Program-made: the position numbers and the translations under genes
NCBI GenBank assembly: GCA_002633005.1
Contig: NMRA01000003.1
Span: forward strand, 1,540,503 to 1,604,502
Length of the DNA: 64,000 nucleotides
Source: Phoronis australis
Taxonomy: Eukaryota; Animalia; Phoronida
Direction: 5' to 3'
The notes under the pieces: generated by a model
Seen by the model: the letters and a program-made list of their open reading frames with translations, nothing else
Database searches by the model: none
Told to the model about the DNA's origin: nothing
In this document: in pieces, positions 55,967-64,000 of the stretch
Layout: the number at the start of each line of letters is the position of its first letter
Position numbering within the stretch: the stretch's first letter is position 1

Positions 55967-58900
55967 GTAAGTACAAAGGCTCACAAATAGCAATAAAATA
56001 CAAAATCCTTTAGTGGCTTTGTGAACAGGTTTACCCAAAAGGTGGCAGCACATGATGATCAATAGTTGATGGAAAGTGGAGACATGCGTCCAAGTCTCTC
56101 AATAACTTTTTACAGTTGCGACATTTAACGAGCTGACTAGGTATGACGTGCGACGTATTTTGATTTAAAAATAGATCACACACTTGTTCTTCCTGGTGCC
56201 ATCCGCGGCTTTTACTCGTTGAAAAGAAAACCCGTCAGTGTGAAATCTCAACGATATTTGACATGACAAAGAATGCACTGAAAATTGGCATAGTTAGTAA
56301 GGAAGTAGGAGAGATTCATGCAACATCAAAATGATAAATTTAAGGCTCGAGTTCATATTGCATGTTTGAGAAAACTCGACTCAGTTTAGTTTTAACCCCC
56401 AGGTAGTTAAATCCCGTCAGACCAGCTCATACCATGTCGTGAGTGTAAAAAGTTATTGAGAGACTGGGTCGTGTTTGTGTGGAAACTGGGCTGTCAAAAT
56501 TCTGACATGTGCTATAAAGCCACGTATCTTAGCTGCTCATCTCGGCACACTTCTCAGTTGTGTTGGTGTGTATCAGAGTTACTAGTGAATTTGAATAATG
56601 ATTATTTTCTTTTCGCAAAAGGTGTTGTTTGCTGTTACCAATTAATAATAATCTGACACTCGTTAAAGGATATCTTCAAATGTCAGTTGTGTTAATTTTC
56701 CTTGTGAACTAGTTGGAATGGCGACTATCTGCATCTAACATACCTGAAATAAACAGCTTCAAAATTTGAAGATTCACTAATGCTGGACTTAATGTTGACC
56801 ATTGCACTAAGAAATCTTGAAATAGGCTATGACATTTCCACAGCTGGGACACTAAACATTGAGGTGGGTGTAGAACCATTGCTCAAATTAGAAAGAATAA
56901 AATCTTTAATTGGGTGTGTATGTTCCCCCCTGTAAACTTAATTAAGATTGTTGGTTTTAAGAACATGAAAGGGCTCCAGTACCATAAGTGCCTAGTGAGT
57001 TTTGGAAGGCAAAATATTGGTTTTGAAGCACAACTTGGAACCTTTGTTACGTACATAACCAGGCGATAACAGTCTCATGAACCTACCCTGTTTATTGAAA
57101 TCAACACCTCTGTCATTGGCAATAATAAGTTTGCGAGTTCACAGTTTAAACATTCCATTGAATGATGGTGCCATACTTGTTGTTGGGGTGGGGTGGGGGG
57201 TAAAAAATGATTGGTTGAAGTGCTGCTGATCAAGAGAGGGGGAGCTCCCATTTTCTTTGCCTTCCACTAAAGAAAACCTTCCTACACCACTGATTCATAG
57301 CCGGTCAAGGCACTCATTAAAGCCAAGTTGACAATTTACTACATTAATTTAAACTGAATTGAATTTACCTGTGAGGCTTTGGAAGAAATTGTTGGCAAAA
57401 ATGTTTTTCACATTCTCAAAAATGAGTTGGGTGCAAACCAGAATCGAATATGCTTGACCTTAGAATTTAATAATAGAATTTCTCCGTATAGGTTAAAGAT
57501 CTGTTTTTGGAGTTTCCTTCAAAACATGAAACTTGACTTTTGTGAAGTCAAAACAAAGATTTTTTTGTATTTGTAATTGTTGACATTTTGGCTGGTTTGC
57601 AAAACTCTTGGTGTTGTCAAAACTAGGTTTTAAAATAATAAAAGAAATGACAAAGGCCAACTGCAACCAGAAAGATAATTGACGAGTCTAGAGGCTTGTA
57701 CTGTAATTGTGCCTAATCTGAAAACTTGAGCAAACTCTTGTATTCTTATTTGATTTGTAAATTAAATTACCTGAATTGCCTTAGTACCCTGTCTTACCAT
57801 TTAGCTTTAACTGCCAATTGTGATCAAATTTCAATAGTTGTGTTCATTGAAAATCTGTTTGGGGCAAAGTTTATTATTTCCTTCACATCTTTCTGAGATC
57901 TGTGCATTCCACAAGAAAAATATCCAAAGTTGTCTAACTTGGGAACGTCATATCTCAGAAATGGACGATTTGATTCACATGAAACTTTCAGATACTATGC
58001 TGTGTACAGTGTTCTCAAAAAGCCTGCTAGGAATTGTTTTTAAAATGGTCTGCCTTTGTATGAGGGGCTTTCAGAAATTGGACTTTTATGAATTTCATGA
58101 AATGCGTTGTATAAAATGAAGGCCGTTTAGAAAAGTAACAGATTTATAGAATGAAATTTGGTGGTGTTATTAACACCATTGTTCTGCTATCGATGTACGT
58201 TCCTTTTATGCTAGCATATAGTCATGTAACCCAATTGATGTCAGATTGGTAAAAATCCAAAATCAAATTCTACACACTTCCTGTTTTCAGAAAGTGTTTA
58301 TTTTTACTGAATTAAAATGCTTAGTTTTATAGATATTTTAACTGAATACACAGGCTTGTTGATAAGGTCCTACATAATCTCAACAGTTTCTGGTGAAGGA
58401 AATGTCACTGGTAAATGTGTTAGTTGTATAACACACATTCTTGAGAACTGAACAACGATTGAATGCTTATTTGCTTTCTTAATGTGGCCTGAAGTTCAAA
58501 ATTTGTACCTGTGTTCAATGACCCCTCCGCCCCATTCTTCCATTTGTGGAGTATGTCAGAGACCTGGGGCCGTGGTCTTATGAAGTTTGAATTATTTTTA
58601 GCAATTTCCGTTCTACTTTTGTGCAAATTGCAAGATAAATAGCTACCAGTGTGTGCTCGAGGTTATTTGTGGTTTATACATAAGCATTTCTGGTCCAAGT
58701 TTGTACTTGATGATCTCTGTTTTAGAGTTACAAGCTCGAGTAAAAATTCAAGATTTTGAGTAAAAATCTAAATTTCAATTTCAGACTCGTACTTAGCCTC
58801 AATGCTGGGGTCATCAAGTGCAAAAGAGGATTAAAAAGTTGTACGACAGTATGTGGAGCTTAGAATAATAAACACTTATCTTGAGTTTGCACAAAAGTAG

Positions 58901-61140
58901 AGTAGAAAGTGACGAACATACTTTCGAGTTCAATTTCCAGTAAACAAGTTAGAACCCAGGCCCTGAAGATTACAAAAGAACTACCTCATGTTTTGTCCGA
59001 CAGTATCGCACTGCGGCACTGGTCGGTGCCATGTTTACGCATATTTGTTCTAACATACGATCATGACAAATAACGGCCTGTTTCAATGTACGCCTCGTTT
59101 TTTTGTCACAAAAGGCAGCAAACGTGAAAATGACAACCCTATTAATAGCCAAATGACGTCCACGTTTTTTAGCAGTTATCAAAAAATATATTTCTGAAGC
59201 ACTGCCAGTGACATTGGTGAAACGTGCTAACGATAGTTGACTGAGATGCAATAAGCAGAAAAATCTTTGACTTTTGCATTTTTTATTACCTCAAAATGAT
59301 AATAAATGTACAGTATCGTATTTGCCAACCTTTGAGGGGCAACAAAATCCAGTGAGGCACACTGTCCCCTTGTTTGCCATACATCCTTGATAACCTGGTC
59401 ATTACATTTCGAGTAACTGGGAGAATTAGATCAAAATTGGGTGAATTTCATTAAAGTCTTGAGAACTTGAGACCTTTTCTTAAATTGAGTTGGGAGCTGG
59501 CAAAACCACAGTCACATTTTCTGGCCTGATTTTTTTTAACACACGTTTTCTAGTCCACTGCATTTGGAAATTCACTGCGATCAGACAGCGTGGCTGAAAG
59601 CAGAAGTCCTTAAGCAGGATTCTTGAAGTTAGCGAACATAAGAAGAAAATAAAGCATTCATATATTATATTTTGTAGTAAATCTAACGGTATTATCCATG
59701 ACCATAATTTTTAATTGTGGTACTTTAATTCACATTGCCAAACCACAGGTCTCGAAGGTTAAAGTCGTTGTTGCCCTCAGTAGTTCATTGCTTATTATCG
59801 GTGTTTTATCTCTAATAATTGGAACACTTGACTTTTATCTCTCTAATAGTTCTTACGACTACCTTTGTCTCTAATTGGAACACAAAGCTGTCAAGGGAAA
59901 GATAGTTTGTATGTTACTGTATGAACTATTAGAAAAAGTGACCCTACTTGAATTCTGTTCCGGAGAACAAACTTTAGAGGACATGGTGAATTTTGTTGAA
60001 TTTTGTCAGAATTCAATGACGGATAACCCCATCTTATGTTATATGATTGTTCGAATTGATTTTACATTGATTAACATGCAAAGTGATATTTGATTTGCTT
60101 TCAAAGCCACAATTGGACCATTATTGGCATTTATCTGAATCTAGACAGCTGTTGGATGAAAACTGTTAATGAACCAAACAGTAAACTGTTAAAACGATGC
60201 CCGATGTGATTGATGATTTTCTTTAAAATATATTTTACAGTTGCTTAATCACTGAAAATTGGTTTTCACTTTTGACTTAAGAGTGTATTCTACAGAAGGT
60301 GTATTTAGAGGGCTTTAAGTGTGCTCAGGGGCTCAATCTACATACATGACAGAGAACATCCTCTACAGCATGCCATTTTAAAAGGCCTTTCCCACTAACG
60401 TCAATGCTTTGGTGTCTAGGGGGTGTCGATCAATGGGCACGCTTAAATAAGTCTTCAATCGAATTAAACTGCTGAAGTTTACTTCGCCAGCAGTGAATGA
60501 TTGTACTGAACATGCTGATACAGTCATGCTGAACTGCGGCACCTTGCGATAATGGGGTGATGATAGCGCCACCTAGTGATAACTCTGATGTCTGTTAACT
60601 ACCAAAGCTAGTGGGAACGCTCAAGTAAGTTAACTCGGCAGTTTATGTAGAAGCTTTGCTACTGCTGAATTTAACTTGGTGGGAAAAGACTCATGGCTTG
60701 CAAGATATTTATGGTTGATCCTCTAAAACATCCAAGATCTGCCAATGCTATTTAAGCTTTTCTATAGTAAGCCTCTCACCTGGTTTGTTCAAATATGTTT
60801 CAAAAAGTTAACAAGATCAATTCCATCAATAAATAAATTGGTTTTCTTTGAATGGCCATCATACCAACTTTTGTTCACCATAGTCATCAGTGTTCATGTA
60901 TAACACGCAATGTGGTGAAAAAGTGGATTTTTATTTTAAAATCAATAACCAAAGACTGAAGATTGATTTAAATTGTGTAGATGTCAAAAGCAACATTTGC
61001 CAAAAAGGTTTCTAGTATCTGTGTATTGTAATCTGCCTTTGAAAATGTCCGTTTTTGTAATTATTTGGTGTAAATAAGTAGGGAATTATTGTACCCTGTT
61101 AGATGAATATATTGGTAGAGCCTACAAGAGATTTCAGCAA

Positions 61141-61175
61141 AATATAATATAATATAATATAATATAATATAATAA
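61141..61175. repeat. (AATAT)n microsatellite
   Basis: Direct reading. Confidence 0.9.
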
Positions 61176-63429
61176 AGTCTCGTCCACACAGAGCTTACCG
61201 CAGAACAACTTGCACGAGTGAAACTTACCCCACTTTTAAGTGGAGCGTCCACACACATACACATCCGATAAATAGGGAAAGGCAGAAGTTATCGCTCTGT
61301 GCATGACAAAGAACACCTAATGCGAGTACGACATGCAAAAAAAGAAAACCTATCTGTATGTAACCACAGCTGGTAATTTCTTCTGCCCTACCCCACTTTT
61401 GCGGCTACACAGCGATGACAAGTAGTGAATAAAAGTTAAAAGTTACCCCACCTTGATAATGTGGAGTTAATTGTCACAAGTGGGTTAAGCTGCACTAATT
61501 TAAATAGCGTTCTGACAGCACTCAAACCTAGCGACAACTAATTCCAGAAGTCAAACTTGTTCTAGGGTAAGTACATTATGTGAATGGCATTGATGAACTA
61601 AAAATGCACATTTATTCTACGGCAATATAAATAAAAATTAACAAGTATTATTTGCCTGAGACTAAAATTGACATTATACAACTAAATTATAATTAGCCTT
61701 GCTTTTCAATTACGTATATTGGCACATTAGTTCTGTTAGCTAGTAAATATTGGTCACTGAAGTGATGTGGACCCATGGCTGAGTACTGAGACCAGGCTTT
61801 GTTTCACCAGGCATCAGGTGTCAGGCTGATCAGGTGTCTTAGTGGTGGCTTGTTTACATACAATTATGTATAATCAGTCAGACTGGTGATTTCACAAGCC
61901 CAGATATGCAGGAGGCCCAGATTTCTAGATTTCTTATGAGGCTTTGCAGCCTTGGAAGTGAGACATCAATTTCCTGAAACATGGTATTGACATGCATGTT
62001 ATTTAGTTAATGTGTCATATGATGCTGTTAAGTGATAACATTTTTCTTGGGGCTGATACACACCAGAGACAATGAATAGTGGGCAGTGCAAAGAGTTCTT
62101 ATCATTTCAGTCCCATTTTCTAGTATCGTTTTTGTGCTGTTTAAAAGAGTCACATAAAAATGAAATGTATAGATATCCGAAAAAGAAACTGATTGTACAT
62201 CTTCTTTGTCAAGTGTACACATGCATACCAGAATCTTAGTCCACTGAGTTTTGTCCACCATCTTAACATTTAATTTGGTAAAGTAGATGAACAGAGCCTC
62301 CTCCTGCTCAATTTTGGGGACCATGATGTAATAAGATGATGCTTCAGTAAAAATCTGGTACTTCGCCAGGTAGGCCACATTCTCCTGATGTCCGTCCACC
62401 CCAGGACCGTACGATTTAAGCTGTTAGTAAGCCCTGGATACAAAGAATAAATACAAGTCTTTAAATTACTTCAATATCATTGCAATCACAATTTTTTCTA
62501 AAGTCAATCTCTTCCAGCATTTGTTTGACCAGTGAAGTCGAGATCCGAAGGATAAAGCTACATTCATGAATAATTCTGATAGTTTTTGCGCCCGTACTCG
62601 GATGGTGCAAATTTATGATCACCATTTACCTGTTACTGTAAGAAAAGTCTGCCTTTTCAAGCAAGTTCAATTTACAGCGCAGTGTAAAAATGGGCATCAC
62701 CTACTTCTGTGCCATGCCAAGTGTGCACAGGCCTCTTACATCTAGCTCGACCATGGACTCATGTATTATAGGAAAGACACTTTTGTGCTCTCCGAAGGTG
62801 AAACAGTCGCAAATTATATGGTCATCAAGCAACTTGTCATTGCCTTTAAAAACAAAATTTTCAAGCAGACAAGATTGGTGCAATAGTTTTTGGGGTCAAT
62901 GCCCAAAGAGTTGTAGAAATAGCAACAATACTTTCCACATGTTCATGACAAAGAAAATAGATCTGGGTGTAACACTTGGTAAACAGTAAATCCAAGGAAA
63001 ATGTCCAAATTTAGCTAACTTCAGAACATCAAATCTCAGAAATGCGTTACGGCGCACCCGTGCTGTCGGAGTATCTCAATTCACCGATTGGCTAGTCGGG
63101 ATACAACTATGTGTGTTGTTATCAGTTTGACAGCAATAGCAAGAGGAGGAAGTTGGCAAACCATTATGTTTACGTAGTCCAGCTCTCTCATTGTCTGCGT
63201 TCATCTGATAATCTCGCGTAATCCAGCAATTACGTTGTAAACAGCGCGCCTGATGCTAACTGATATTTAAAATTACTAATTCCAAACGGGTTTCAACAAA
63301 AGGTCATGAAGATGTGTTTTGTATGGAATACTATCACCAAAAAACGTCGAACAGAGAGAAACGGTTGACTTTCAGACTCTTTGCCTTAACTTTCACCTGC
63401 TGATTCCTTTGTGGGACTGTAAGCTCTGA

Positions 63430-63550
63430 CCCCCCTCCCCTACTACCACAGTATTGTGTGCCAACATACCAAGTTTAATCCAAGGTGATACCCCCCCTGA
63501 CTACTACAGCATTGTGTGTCAACATACCAAGTTTAATCCAAGGTGATACT
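63430..63550. repeat. ~59-bp tandem duplication
   Basis: attgtgtg(c/t)caacataccaagtttaatccaaggtgatac twice. Confidence 0.85.
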
Positions 63551-64000
63551 GATCAGATCATGATGTTGGAAGTTAGTGTTAAAACAGGGAATGGTACGTA
63601 ATTGGCTGATTGGATTCAATTGAAACATACTTTATGCTTTGTTCTCTAAACCACTGATAGGAGTTGTTTTCAAATGGACATTATTGGCATGAAAAGTGAT
63701 TTTCTGAGATCACTCTCAGTAAATGGCATAGCGTTAAGTCACTGCCCTTGATTTCAATGGATGTCTGGCAAACAACTGTGAAAATAGGTAACTGCTGTAA
63801 AATAACAAAAATATCAGATATTTTGTTTTATTGCTCTGGTCAAACCTAATTACTATTATAGATTTATCCAATCCAACAATAATCTTAAAAGTATTGTTTT
63901 TGCCCTAAAACTGAACAATGCCCTATTTATGTATTCCACTTTGGCATGAAGGGCTCTAAAAATCTTGACTTTAGGACTTTTGTGAAAAAAAACAAAAGTT

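Overview
AT-rich, intron-rich eukaryotic (metazoan, probably marine invertebrate; inference) genomic DNA with two N gaps (23129-23202, 51031-51485). Most long ORFs in the supplied track are spurious. Reading splice sites by hand gives two divergent spliced genes of unknown function. (1) A minus-strand gene spans ~18.7 kb to 773 with at least 19 coding exons, all phase-compatible (~545 aa; 5' end unresolved). Its 3' half is a run of 10 consecutive symmetric phase-2 exons, six of them micro-exons (12, 24 and four of 33 nt). Three of its donors, plus a candidate upstream 15-nt micro-exon donor, are directly followed by minisatellites, one of which is a tandem array of the splice donor itself. (2) A plus-strand gene probably starts near 23.6-24.0 kb, has very long introns and two acidic coding exons (37384-37538, 55826-55966), and continues beyond the window. 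The rest is transposon-derived: a three-tier nest (5-bp-TSD hAT-type MITE > Kolobok-like THAP element > CAC..GTG 5-bp-TSD element), a long-TIR TTAA element, and RTE-X LINE, Harbinger, Penelope and mariner relics, plus tRNA-derived SINEs, MITEs and minisatellites. All gene models are manual and have no transcript or homology support.
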